The translations under genes were made by a program, and so were the position numbers. A model generated the notes under the pieces. It made no database searches and was not told where the DNA came from. It was given only the letters and a program-made list of their open reading frames with translations. A stretch of DNA of 63,972 bases, the filler included, from Reclinomonas americana ATCC 50394 (Eukaryota), in assembly GCA_048213135.1 (NCBI GenBank). It is 15 parts of 15 records of this genome, joined end to end, with 100 filler letters (N's around TTAATTAATTAA, not from the genome) between each part and the next. Parts side by side here need not be neighbours in the genome. Positions count along the whole stretch, not along the records: positions 50,528 to 52,447 come from AFZH01019719.1; positions 52,548 to 54,310 come from AFZH01019720.1; positions 54,411 to 56,083 come from AFZH01019721.1; positions 56,184 to 62,564 come from AFZH01019722.1; positions 62,665 to 63,972 come from AFZH01019726.1; 10 more parts are not named here. One strand, 5' to 3'. Of this stretch, positions 51,011 through 62,734 are shown piece by piece; within the stretch, counting starts at the first letter, position 1; each line of letters starts with the position of its first letter.

Positions 51011-52090
51011 TCACCAACACGGATCGGGATCAGTTCGCCACCGACGCGCGATGACCTCAGTCTCCTCGACAATGAAACAGCGCAACACCAACTCCGGCAG
51101 GCAACGTGTGCCTCTATCATCGTCCGTCTGCATCTCCTGCACGGCGCGCATCGCCAAGCGGGCGTCGCGCAACTCGTCGCCGGCCAGACCGCGCGGTGTG
51201 CTCCACACGCGCACTGTCTTGTCACCACAACCGCTAACGATCCGCTCACCGTCTCGAGAGACAGAAACAGAGCACACCCCTTCAGTGTGACCTTCCAAAC
51301 GACACACCTCTTCTCCACTCGCCAGCGACCACACCCGCACTGTGTTGTCCCAGCTCCCACTGACAACATGCTGACCATCGGGAGTGACGGCGACAGACAC
51401 TACCCAGTTAGAGTGGCCATCCATTCGACGCACCTCCTCGCCACTCACAAGAGACCACACTCGCACTGCCTTGTAATATCCACCACTCACAACAAACTGA
51501 CCATCGGGAGTCACGGCGACAGCGAACACTACGCCATTGCGAACCTTCAATCGATGCACTTCTTCTCCACTCACCAGCGACCTCACCCGCACTGTGTCGT
51601 CTTGGCTGCCACTCGCGACGAACTGACCATCGAGAGTGACGGCGACAGAGTTTACACTTCCTTTGCCTCCCTTCAGTCGCCGTACCTCCTCTCCACTCGT
51701 CAGCGACCACACTCGCACAGTGGCATCGCAGCTGCCACTCACCACGTGCTGACCATTGGGAGAAATGGCGACAGTCGTCACCCACCCCTCGTGCCCCTCC
51801 ATTCGTCGCACTTCTGCGCCACTCTTCAGAGACCACACGCGCACTGTGTTGTCTCCACCCCCGCTCACAATGTGCTCGCCGTCGGGAGTGACAGCAACAG
51901 ACCACACTGTGCCGAGATGACCCGTCAACAGTCGCACTTCGTCACCGCTCGCCAGTGACCACACTCGCACTGTTCTGTCCCGACATCCACTCACAAAGTG
52001 TTGCCCGTCGGGTGTGACAGCGACAGATTGCACTGCTTCAGTGTGCCCGTGCAGGCACTTGTTGAGGGTGAAAGTGGGAGGTGACGGCAT
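51011..52090 (-). CDS. Intronless 7xWD40 protein with conserved C-terminal tail, array copy (complete)
   Basis: MPSPPTFTLNKCLHGH..., 7 repeats, tail LRDARLAMRAVQEMQ...RCLPELVLRCFIVEE...RWRTDPDPCW*. Confidence 0.95.
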   Translation of the reverse strand: MPSPPTFTLNKCLHGHTEAVQSVAVTPDGQHFVSGCRDRTVRVWSLASGDEVRLLTGHLGTVWSVAVTPDGEHIVSGGGDNTVRVWSLKSGAEVRRMEGHEGWVTTVAISPNGQHVVSGSCDATVRVWSLTSGEEVRRLKGGKGSVNSVAVTLDGQFVASGSQDDTVRVRSLVSGEEVHRLKVRNGVVFAVAVTPDGQFVVSGGYYKAVRVWSLVSGEEVRRMDGHSNWVVSVAVTPDGQHVVSGSWDNTVRVWSLASGEEVCRLEGHTEGVCSVSVSRDGERIVSGCGDKTVRVWSTPRGLAGDELRDARLAMRAVQEMQTDDDRGTRCLPELVLRCFIVEETEVIARRWRTDPDPCW

Positions 52091-52316
52091 GTGGGGAGGG
52101 GAGAGGAGAGGGCAAGAGGAAGTAGCGAAGGTGCAGTGTGTGCCACCAGAGAGAGAGAGAGAGATTCCGCTCCGTTCGATGCGAGTGTAGTGCACGATGT
52201 TCTTCTTTTCGTCAATCTGCACGCGGGACGCGAACGACTCGAAGTTGACTTGAAGGGCCGCTCTCACAGCTGATGAAAGCACATTAAAACCCCACAAGCG
52301 CAAACACTTCTTGTAT

Positions 52317-52857
52317 TCACCACCGCATATCGGGGTCGGTTCGCCATCGATACACCACAACCTCTGCCTCCTCGACGATAAAACAACGCAGCACGATCTC
52401 TACAAGGCAGCGACGATCTTCTTCCCCATCACCCTCTCGCTGCATCTNNNNNNNNNNNNNNNNNNNNNNNNNNNNNNNNNNNNNNNNNNNNTTAATTAAT
52501 TAANNNNNNNNNNNNNNNNNNNNNNNNNNNNNNNNNNNNNNNNNNNNCCCACCCTTCGTGTCCCTCTATTCGCCGCACTTCTGCGCCACTCGCCAGCGAC
52601 CACACACGCACTGTGTTGTCACCGCCTCCGCTCACAATGTGCTGGCCATCGAGAGTGACGGCGACAGACCACACTGTGCCGAGATGACCCGCCAACAGTC
52701 GCACCTCTTCACCGCTCACCAGCGACCACACGCGCACTGTCTTGTCGACACTGCCACTCACAACGTGTTGCCCGTCGGGAGTGAAGGCGACAGATTGCAC
52801 ATGTCTCGTGTGCCCGCGCAGATGCTTGTTGAGGGGGAGAGTGGGAGGTGATGACAT
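52317..52857 (-). CDS. Intronless WD40 protein, array copy (5' and 3' ends flank a gap)
   Basis: N-terminus MSSPPTLPLNKHLRGH at 52857; tail RRCLVEIVLRCFIVEEAEVVVYRWRTDPDMRW* at 52317-52447. Confidence 0.85.
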
Positions 52858-53004
52858 GCGAGGAAGTGGGAAGGAGCGAAGGTGAAGCGTGTGAGAGGGA
52901 CGAAGCGAGCGCTCTTCGCGTGCGCTTTGATGTGTTTGCGGGACGGACGATTCGACGTTTACCGAGGGCCCTCATCTCACCGGAGAACACTTCATTGCCC
53001 TCAT

Positions 53005-54081
53005 TCACCACCGCATATCGGGGTCGGTTCGCCATCGATACACCACAACCTCTGCCTCCTCGACGATAAAACAACGCAGCACGATCTCTACAAGGCAGCG
53101 ACGATCTTCTTCTTCATCACTCTCTCGCTGCATCTCCTGCACGGCGCGCATCGCCAAGCGTGCGTCGCGCAATTCGTTACCGGTCAGACCGCGCGGTGTA
53201 CTCCACACGCGCACTGTGCTGTCACCACTACCGCTCACGATCCGCTCACCGTCTCGAGAGACAGCAACAGCGCACACCCGTTCAGTGTGGCCCTCCAAAC
53301 GGCACACCTCTTCTCCACTCGCCAGCGACCACACCCGCACTGTTTTGTCCCAGCTCCCACTGACAACATGCTGATCATCGGGAGTGACGGTGACAGACAC
53401 TACCCAATTAGAGTGGCCATCCATCCGTCGTACCTCCTCGCCACTAGCCAGCAACCACACTCGCACTGAGGTGTCGCGGCTGCCACTGACCACATGCTGC
53501 CCGTCGGGAGTGACAGCAACAGTCGTCACACGTCCCTCAAGCTGGCGCACTTGCTCACCACTCGCCACAGACCACACGCACAGCTCGCCGTCGCGACTTG
53601 AACTCACGATGAACTGGCCATTGGGAGTGATGGCAACAGACTGCGCCCAATCCTTGTGTCCCTTCAGTCGCCGCACCTCCTCTCCACTCGCCAGCGACCA
53701 GAGTCTCACTGTGCAGTCATGACCACAACTCACTATGTGCTGACCATCGGGAGTGACGGCCACAGATCGCACAAAATCAGTGTGACCCTCCAACTGTCGC
53801 ACGAGCTCCCCCGTTGCCAGTGACCACACGCGCACTGTTTTGTCCCAGCTCCCACTGACAACGTGCAGACCATCTGGAGTGACAGCGACAGAGTACACGA
53901 TGTGCGTGTGTCCCTCCATCAGTCGCACCTCTTCACCGCTCACCAGTGACCACACGCGCACTGTGGCGTCGCAGCTGCCACTCACAACGTGTTGCCCGTC
54001 GGGAGTGAAGGCGACGGAGAGCACTGCTGCAGCGTGTCCGTGCAGGCACTTGCAGAGAGGAAGTGTGGGAGGTGATGACAT
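53005..54081 (-). CDS. Intronless 7xWD40 protein, array copy (complete, 358 aa)
   Basis: Single ORF with 7 GH..V.SVAVTPDGQH.VSG..D.TVRVWS repeats plus the family tail. Confidence 0.95.
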   Translation of the reverse strand: MSSPPTLPLCKCLHGHAAAVLSVAFTPDGQHVVSGSCDATVRVWSLVSGEEVRLMEGHTHIVYSVAVTPDGLHVVSGSWDKTVRVWSLATGELVRQLEGHTDFVRSVAVTPDGQHIVSCGHDCTVRLWSLASGEEVRRLKGHKDWAQSVAITPNGQFIVSSSRDGELCVWSVASGEQVRQLEGRVTTVAVTPDGQHVVSGSRDTSVRVWLLASGEEVRRMDGHSNWVVSVTVTPDDQHVVSGSWDKTVRVWSLASGEEVCRLEGHTERVCAVAVSRDGERIVSGSGDSTVRVWSTPRGLTGNELRDARLAMRAVQEMQRESDEEEDRRCLVEIVLRCFIVEEAEVVVYRWRTDPDMRW

Positions 54082-54417
54082 GCGAGGAAGAGAGAAGGAG
54101 CGACGGTGAGAAGTGAGAGAGTGTGTGAGAGGGGGGAGTGCTCTTCGCGTGGCTGTCGTTGAGTACGTCTTTGATATGTGTGCGGGACGGACGATTCGAA
54201 GTTTACCAACGGGCCACCTTCATTGACTCTGAATTCACCACCGCATATCGGGGTCGGTCCGCCATCGATGCACCACGACCTCTGCCTCCTCGACGATAAA
54301 ACAACGCAGCNNNNNNNNNNNNNNNNNNNNNNNNNNNNNNNNNNNNNNNNNNNNTTAATTAATTAANNNNNNNNNNNNNNNNNNNNNNNNNNNNNNNNNN
54401 NNNNNNNNNNTCTGAAT

Positions 54418-55488
54418 TCACCACCGCATATCGGGGTCGGTTCGCCATCGATGCACCACAACCTCTGCCTCCTCGACGATAAAACAACGCAGTACGATCT
54501 CTGGCAAGCAGCGGGCACCTCTTTCATCTTCCGTCTGCATCTCCTGCACGGCTTGCACGGCCACGCGGGCATTGCGCAGCTCATCGCTGGCCAGACCGCA
54601 CGGTGGGCTCCACACACGCACAGTTCTGTCAAGGCTCCCACTCACGATTCGCTGACCGTCTCGAGTGACAGCGATAGTCCACACGGCAGCTGCATGACCT
54701 TTGAGTCGGCACACTTGCACGCCACTGGCCATTGACCACACGCGCACCGTTCCATCGTCGCCACCACTCACGACGTGCTGGCCACAGGGAGTGACGGCCA
54801 CTGAACGTACTGCACCTGCGTGGCCCTCCAGTCGTCGCACTTCGCCCTCCGCCAGTGACCACACTCGCACGGTACCATCTCCACTGCCACTCACAATAAA
54901 GTGGCAGTCGAGAGTGACGGCAACAGCTTGCACATTGCCAGTGTGGCCATCCCATCGCCGCACCTCCTCGCCACTCGCGCGCGACCACACTCGCAATGTT
55001 TCGTCCATGCCGCCGCTCACAATGTGCTGCCCATCGTGAGTGACGGCGACACACAACACTTCTTCATAGTGGCCTTCCAGACATTGCACTTCCTCACCGC
55101 TCGCCACCGATAGCTCTCGCACTGTGCAGTCTCCGCCGCCGCTCACAATGTGTCGACCATCGGGTGTGATGGCCACAGACAGCACCCTTCGTGAGGACCC
55201 TGGCAGTCGAATGCGTCGCACCAAATCTCCAGTCGCCAGTGACCACACACGAATTGTCTTATCCCAACTGCCGCTCACCACATGCTGACCATCGGGAGTG
55301 ACAGCAACACTCCACACTCGGTCTGTGTGCCCCTCCATTCGTTGCACCTCCTCGCCACTCACCAGTGACCACACACGCACAGTCATATCCTCGCTCCCAC
55401 TCACTACATGTTGGCCGTCGGGAGTGACGGCAACTGACCACACTTCGTTGGTGTGCCCGCACAGGCACATGCATGGAGTCGACGACAT
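54418..55488 (-). CDS. Intronless 7xWD40 protein, array copy (complete, 356 aa)
   Basis: Single ORF with 7 repeats plus tail RCLPEIVLRCFIVEEAEVVVHRWRTDPDMRW*. Confidence 0.95.
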   Translation of the reverse strand: MSSTPCMCLCGHTNEVWSVAVTPDGQHVVSGSEDMTVRVWSLVSGEEVQRMEGHTDRVWSVAVTPDGQHVVSGSWDKTIRVWSLATGDLVRRIRLPGSSRRVLSVAITPDGRHIVSGGGDCTVRELSVASGEEVQCLEGHYEEVLCVAVTHDGQHIVSGGMDETLRVWSRASGEEVRRWDGHTGNVQAVAVTLDCHFIVSGSGDGTVRVWSLAEGEVRRLEGHAGAVRSVAVTPCGQHVVSGGDDGTVRVWSMASGVQVCRLKGHAAAVWTIAVTRDGQRIVSGSLDRTVRVWSPPCGLASDELRNARVAVQAVQEMQTEDERGARCLPEIVLRCFIVEEAEVVVHRWRTDPDMRW

Positions 55489-55645
55489 GGGGAGGAGTGA
55501 CGGCAGCGTGTGTTCCTATCCGTCTTTGCACGCAGGACCGCGGAAGTCTCGATGACGACGAGGCTCGACGTGCGCTGCTTGCTCGCAGATAGAAGAGGCT
55601 GGAAACGCCTTGAAAGCAACGAGACAACAAAGTACACTCTCACGA

Positions 55646-56569
55646 TTACCAACAATCGAACCGCCGACGATACACCACGACTTCCGCCTCCTCGACAATG
55701 AAACAGCGCAACACCAACTCCGGCAGGCAACGTGCGCCTCGTTCATCCTCTGTCTGCATCTCCTGCACGGCGTGCATGGCCACGCGGGCGTCGCGCAGCT
55801 CGTCGCAAGCCGCCCCACACGGCGACGACCACACTCGCACCGTGTTGTCCACACTGCCACTCACGACGCGCTGACCGTCGTGAGTGACGGCAACAGACGA
55901 CACCCACCCAGTATGCCCGTCCAGTCGGTGCACCTCCTCGCCAGTGACCGTGGGCCATATGTGAACCCCGCTGTCCATGCACCCACACATAACATGCTGT
56001 CCATTGGACGTGACAGTGACACACATGACTGCTCCTTTGAGTCGCACCAACGGTCGCACCTCCTCTCCACTTGCCAGCGACCANNNNNNNNNNNNNNNNN
56101 NNNNNNNNNNNNNNNNNNNNNNNNNNNTTAATTAATTAANNNNNNNNNNNNNNNNNNNNNNNNNNNNNNNNNNNNNNNNNNNNGACCACACCCGCACAGT
56201 CTTGTCTGTGCTGCCACTCACGATGCGCTGACCATCGGGAGTGATGGCGACACAGAACACCATGTTCGTGTGACCCTTCAACCGGCGCACCTCCTCTCCG
56301 CTCTCCGCGGACCACACTCGCACACTCATGTCATTACTGCCGCTGACAATGTGTCGACCGTCGGGAGTGACAGCAACCGATCGCACCTTTTCAGTGTGCC
56401 CCTCCAGCCGTTGCACTTCCTCACCACTCGCCGCAGACCACACGCGAACTGTGCTGTCATGGCTCCCACTAACAATGCGCTGGCAATCGGGAGTCGTGGT
56501 GACGGACCACACATCGCCAGTGTGTCCGCGCAGGGTGTTGCTCAGGGGGAGAGTGCGAGAGAAGGACAT
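55646..56569 (-). CDS. Intronless WD40 protein, array copy (5' and 3' parts flank a gap)
   Basis: N-terminus MSFSRTLPLSNTLRGH at 56569; C-terminal part ends RCLPELVLRCFIVEEAEVVVYRRRFDCW*. Confidence 0.85.
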
Positions 56570-56967
56570 ACTTGGCAAAGAGAGGAGGCAGGTGAAGATA
56601 GCGGGAACAGGGAGTGCACGACAGAGCCAACAGACAAATAAGTGGTCCATAAGTGAAAGTTGTCCGCGACCGCGAAGTTGTGCTCACAAGGAAAGCTTTC
56701 CGACCGGTGTAATGGAGGGGAAGCAGCATGTTGTACTGTAACACAGAGCGCGCGGCTGGATGAGGCACCGACCATTGTGCATGCAGTTGACGTCGAAGTC
56801 GAAGTTCCACTTGCCTGAACTCGATGACAGCAACGAAAGCAGCTGCAGCTCCCAAGCTACACAATAGCTCGTACACTCATGCAGCCACGAGGCGCACCTG
56901 CATGCAACTCGCCACGAGTTCGACCATCCACAGGACACTCATTTTTGTTGTCTTTCGTGAGAGAGAG

Positions 56968-57211
56968 ATGGCCACTCGCCTCTCCTTCACTCTCCCACGA
57001 GTGGAAACCGCAGCACCTCCCCCCGCCGCGCTCTCCTCTTCACAGTCATCCACAAAAAGCACAGGTTTGCACGCCATCAAAGTGCCAAACACGCATATGC
57101 GCGCGCGCCAAACACACACTTTCACCTCACAAACTCACTCGTCTCTCTCACACATGCACACGCACATGCACGCACACACGCACACACGCACACACAACTA
57201 CTCTCTCTCTC

Positions 57212-57244
<33 letters not shown>

Positions 57245-57672
57245 CTCACTCTCTCACACATACACACATGCATACACACTTTCACACTGTCACTCATCTT
57301 CTTCCTTCACTCCCTCACTCACTTTCCCTCTCTCACAGGCTCCTCCAGTGGCTCCACTGGCGCCACCACCGCCTCTGCCTCCTCCGCCTCCTCTGGCTCC
57401 TCTGGGAGCGGTCAGGGAAAGTCGACTCGTCGATCCACGCGCGCCACTGCTTCTGCACAGACGCCGACTCCGACTCCACAGCCACCGCCTGTGTCGTCGT
57501 ATGGCACGTTGTTCCCAGAGGCGGCGGCGGTGGCGATGAAGCGATTGGTGACTGCGAAGGTGGGGATGGTGGGGGAGAGAGGGGGGAGAGGGGGGAGGGA
57601 GAGAGAGGGAGGGAGGGATGGAGGGAGGGAGAGAGAGTGCGTGAGTGAGTGAGTGAGCGAGTGAGTGAATGA

Positions 57673-57705
<33 letters not shown>

Positions 57706-57734
57706 TGAGAGTGAGTGAGTGAGTGAGTGAGTGA

Positions 57735-57775
<41 letters not shown>

Positions 57776-60700
57776 TAAGAGAGAGAGTGTGTGTGTGTGT
57801 CAGGTGTGTGACATGGCGAGTTGTCTGCGTGTGCGCGTTGATATTCTCTCTGTGTGTGAGAGTGAGTGGACGAGTGGGTTGTGTGTGCATGTGCATTGTT
57901 TGTGTGCATTCGCGGTGCATTGATTGCTGAGTGATCAAGAACATTGTTCACTTCTTTGCGCACACTGTCTGTGCTTTCTCTCTCACTCTTTGTTTCTATG
58001 GAGCGAGTGGATGGGTGGGTTGTGCACGTGCATGTATGTGCATTCGTCTGCGCATAGATCGCTATTTGTTCAAGTACATGGCGTTCCCTCGCTCTTGGAT
58101 GCACTTCTCATTGCGGCTTTATCTCTCTCTCTTTCTTTCTCTCTTCGTTTCTGTGGAGCGAGCGGATGGGTGGGTTACGTGTGTGCATGTGCATTGTTTG
58201 TGTGCATTCGCGGTGCATTGATTGCTGAATGATCATGTGCATTGCTCTCTTCTTTACGCACACTCTCAGTGCACTTTTCGTTCTCTCTCTCTCTGTGTGC
58301 TTCTGTGGAGTGAGTGGATGGGTTCTAGTGCGAGTGCATGGTGTATGTGCATTCGCTGCGCAGAGATCGCTCATTGTTCAAGTGCATGGCGTTCCTTCTC
58401 TCTTTCACACTCAGTGCGCATTCTGTTCTCTCTCTCTTACTGTTTCTGTGGAGCGAGTGGATGGGTGGGTTGTGCACGTGCTCTTTGCACTCCCTTGCAC
58501 ACACGCTCTCTGCGCACTTTCCACTCTTCACTCTTTGTATTCTGTAGATAACTGGCTTCGACTGTGCCTTCGCAGCAAAGATCGCTCATTGACCAAATTG
58601 CATTCTCTTTCCCAATCTCCTCCCACACAGGCCACACGCACTGCCTCCTCCGCGGCCTCTGGCCCCGGCTCACGTGTGCGACCTCGCAAAGTCCGCAAGA
58701 TCGAGTCCGCGGAGGACGACGATGATGCCGATGACGACGGCGGCGTTATGGACGTGGACCACGATGATGATGGTGACGCCGAGGACGTGGAGCGGCGTCA
58801 GCGCAAGACGAGACCCGCGTCGTCGTCGTTGGGGGATGCTGCGCCAGTGCCCGCCTCGCAATTCGAGCAGTGGGTGCTGCAATGTGTGGAGCGCACGTAC
58901 GGAGCGCGCCCGCTGGTGGTGGGTCCGCAGACGGGTCTGGTGGAGCGCATGCGCATTGTGCGAGCCCTGTCGCTGCGCGAGACGCCCATGTATGGCTTGC
59001 GCTCGGGACCGCGATTCGCCATTGAGGCGGTGCGGCCGGTGCTGCAGCACGTGACCGAGGCAACCGACAGCAGCGACAGCACAAGTGGCGGCAGTGCGAG
59101 TGCGTCGGCGGCGCCAGCTGCTGCCGATACCACGCGCCTGGCTGTGGTCGGCGCGCCGCTGCACGTGTCGCTCATTCTGCACGTGACTCCGCACGGATTC
59201 TGCCTGCAACCGGCGCCCGGCACGAGCGCGGTCACCCAGCAAGAATGCGTGCCGTACACGCACTCGACGCGGTCGGTGTTGCGCGATGTCGACGCGGGCG
59301 TGCTGGCCGCCGACTTTTTGGAGGAGATCAATTTTTTGCCGGTGATTTACTACGACGGGTGTGTGGTGGTGGAAGTGCGCGACTCGAGGACCAAGGTGAG
59401 GTGGAGGGCGCGAGAGAGAGAATGTGTGTACTTGATTGCACTGCGATCTCACCACTTCCTCGCCGCGCAGTACCTCCAATCATGGCGCGTTCTGTTGAAG
59501 CCAACACAAGGTACTCTGTATCGCGACCTTGAATCGCATTGCAATGGCAGCGAGGAGGTACGTTGCCCCGTCCTTTTTTCCCCCTCTGGTTATCCTTTTC
59601 TTCTCCTGTGTGTCTTGAATGCGTTCACCAATCCTGTCGCGAAATAATTTGCGACGCGGCTGGGAGCACGTCAAGAGACTTTCTTCTGCCCCTTCCCTTC
59701 CCTCCCCTCCCCCTCTCCCCCCCAATCTCACCCCCTTCTTCTTTTACCCCAGGAGCGACTACAACTGCTGTCGACGGTGCTCGCGGAGACCGAATCGCCC
59801 ATCTGCCTCGACACGAGTCCCGACGTGTGCCGCATCGCCAGCCTCGTGCACTACAACAGCCGCAAGTTCGACGACGCGCTCGCTCGCGCCGAAGCCCGCG
59901 CCCTGCAGCAAGGCTCGCGTGAGCGTCTGCCCGCCCGTGTGTCGGCGGCCGCGCTGGCACGTCTCGCCCCCGCCCACTCGGATCTGCTGCGCAAGAAGCG
60001 CGCCGGTCTGCTGTCGAGCTTTGTGGACACGGCCAATGCCACGGCCGCCGCCAAGGTGCCGGTGCTGCTGACGCCCAACACCAATCCCGACACCATTCGC
60101 GACACGGTGCCGCCGGGCAAGCGTGTGTACGCGCCGACCGAGGTCGTCAATGCACTCCTCAAGAACTCACAACAGCGCCAGCCGCCCATCTGGCAAGTTG
60201 GCGGCACGGTGCGCAGTGTCGAATTCCGCGGTCGCAACAACGCCTGCTGCAGCCTCACCGTGTACGTGCGACCGCACGGTCTGCACGAGTGCCTCATCCG
60301 CTCGGGCACGCTGCCGGACGCCAACAGCAGCCTCAGTCAGGCCACCAATGTGCAAGTGGAGCGTGTGGTTCTCGGCAACGCCTCGGCCGCCGAGCGCTAC
60401 GTGCGCCAGTTCAAGGCGCTGTACGTGCGCGGTGGCCAGACAGTGTCTGTGCGCGATTCGGCAGTACCACCGCCGCCTCAGCAACAGCAAGCACAGGCGC
60501 AGGCACACGCACAGCAGCAGGCGCAGCAGCAGGCTCTCCAGCATCAGCAGGCGCAGCAGGCACAACACCAGCATCAAATGGCGGCTCACCAAGCTGCCGC
60601 AGCGGCAGCGGCGGCGGCAGCAGCGGCGCAACAGGGTCACCACGGACAGCCGCCACCCATGCCGCACCTCGGCATGGTGCCGCCACCATCGCAAACGCAG

Positions 60701-61514
60701 CAAACGTCGCAGTCGTCCCAGTCGCAGTCGGGCATGCCACAGCAGATGCCGCAGCAAATGCGGCAGCCGCAGCCGGTGATGATGGGACAGCCGCCACCGT
60801 CGCACCCGGGACAGCCGCCGCAGTACATGCCCCCGCCTGGCGCACCGCAGATGGCGTACGGTCCGCCGCCGACAAACATGCAATACGCACCGCAAGGCCT
60901 CCAGCAACCGCCACCTCCACAGCAGCCCGGACAGGTGACTGCGTCGCCGTGTGTGTGTGTGCATTTTTCAGAGAGCCATGCACTCACTCTCGATCGGGCA
61001 CACAACAGTGGGCTCCACCGAATGCGCAGGGTCAACGTGGACCACCGCCACAGTCGTCCGCATACCCGCCACCCATGGCGCCGATGCCGCAACAGCCGCC
61101 GCCGCCCTCGGGCCACGTTCCCATGGTTTGTGACGTCTCTCACTTTCCCTCTTCTACTCCTGTGTGCTCACACTATATCCCGAGCAGCCGGGCATGCCGC
61201 CCAACATGCTGCCGATGGTTCCTCCACCGGGCAAGGCACCTTACGCGCCCATGATTCCGCCGCCGAACATGTACGCATATCCGCCACCTACCGGCGCACC
61301 AGGTGGACCGCCGCCTTCTTCCGTCGGACCACCACCGCAGCAACAGCCGCCGGGCGCCGCTCCGCCTGGGCGACAGGGTGGCCCATCACCGGGCCCGCCA
61401 CCTCCACTGCCCATGCCCACCCTTCCAGCGGGCTACATGCCATACGCACCGTACTATGGACAGCCGCCACCGTCGGGTCAGGGACCGCCTCCGCAGCCAC
61501 CGCCATCGTCGTGA
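56968..61514 (+). CDS. SPT20: SAGA complex subunit Spt20-family protein with a Q/P-rich C-terminus
   Basis: SLILHVTPHGF...VPY....VLRDVDAGVL...YYDGCVVVEVRDSR, VLLKPTQGTLYRD, AETESPICLDTSPDV match the Spt20/FAM48 domain pattern. Confidence 0.85.
57830..58610. repeat. Degenerate tandem repeat inside an Spt20 intron
   Basis: gtgcatgtgcattgtttgtgtgcattcgcggtgcattgattgctga and gtttct.tggagcgagtggatgggtgggttgtgcacgtgc are duplicated. Confidence 0.8.
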
Positions 61515-61984
61515 GGGAGGAGGCGTGGAACAATGAAGCATGCATCGGAGTGCGCTTGTCTTTTAGTCGGGTCGCCGCGAGTGCAACAAGAGCTGTTGAC
61601 GTCGAAGATGTATGCATGGTACGCAGACGTATGGGGGTAAGTGGAAAGCAGATGCATGCATGCAGAAGCAGAGCTGCAGAAGGGGGAAACAAGTGGGTCT
61701 ACAGTGCTCATTGTTGGAGTTAATATGCATTTTCCTCGAGCTTTTCGAGCACGCGATGGCAACTCCGTCTTCCCATCACCTCTGCATGCACTGAGGAGTC
61801 CAAGTACAAGCAACTGTAAGGGGCGGGCGGGGAAGGGAAAGGAATGTTCCAAAATCGGAAAACCGACACATTGCTGCTCCGAGTTTCTGCCGGGTAACAT
61901 CGTTTCGCTCACAAACAAGTGCGTGCGCGCTCATGCTCGTCGCCGCTGCATCATGGTTGCACTCACACACTACAGACGCACAGA

Positions 61985-62489
61985 ATGGACATTGAGGACG
62001 CTGGAAAGATCGTGGTCGCCAAGCGCGGACCCGTTGCTGGTCTGCTCTCTCACACTCTTTCTCTCACTCACACACACACACTCACTCACTGTTCTCTCTC
62101 ACACGCACAGTGGAGTTGGAGGCTGGCAAGACCTACTACTGGTGCGCCTGCGGCCGCTCCAAGTCGCAGCCATTCTGGTGAGCAACACAATGTGAGAGAC
62201 AACAAGCAGACAAAGGAGAGACTCACACAATACACACACACAGCGATGGCTCTCACCAGGGCACTGCCTTTGCGCCGCGTGCCTTCACTGTCGAGGAGAC
62301 CAAGACGTACTACCTGTGCCAGTGCAAGCAGGTCTGTTGCTGTAAGAGAGTATCTGTGTGTGCCTGTTCGCGCGCAATGACATTGGAGGGATACAGACCG
62401 GCAACCCGGCCTTCTGCGATGGCACTCACGCGCGCCTGCCGGCCGATGCCGAGGGCAAGCACATGACTCACGGCCACCTTGAGTACTAG
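61985..62489 (+). CDS. CISD3: Tandem CDGSH iron-sulfur domain protein (CISD3/MiNT-like)
   Basis: VELEAGKTYYWCACGRSKSQPFCDGSHQGTAF...YYLCQCKQTGNPAFCDGTH after splicing 3 introns. TAG at 62487-62489. Confidence 0.92.
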
Positions 62490-62734
62490 AGAGAAAGAGA
62501 GAGGCGTGCGCCCTTTTTCCCCGTCGTTGCCTTCCCCCCCTTCGCAGTTCCCGCAAATGAACTGNNNNNNNNNNNNNNNNNNNNNNNNNNNNNNNNNNNN
62601 NNNNNNNNTTAATTAATTAANNNNNNNNNNNNNNNNNNNNNNNNNNNNNNNNNNNNNNNNNNNNGAAAGAGAGAGAGAGAGAAGCGAGCGGAGAGAGAGC
62701 AACGCTGCGAGCGAAGAGAGCATGGATCCTTCGA

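Noticed and set aside
56469..56940. Minus-strand ORFs upstream of the WD40 array
   Set aside because: No recognisable domain, and they overlap the first WD40 gene and the divergent promoter region.
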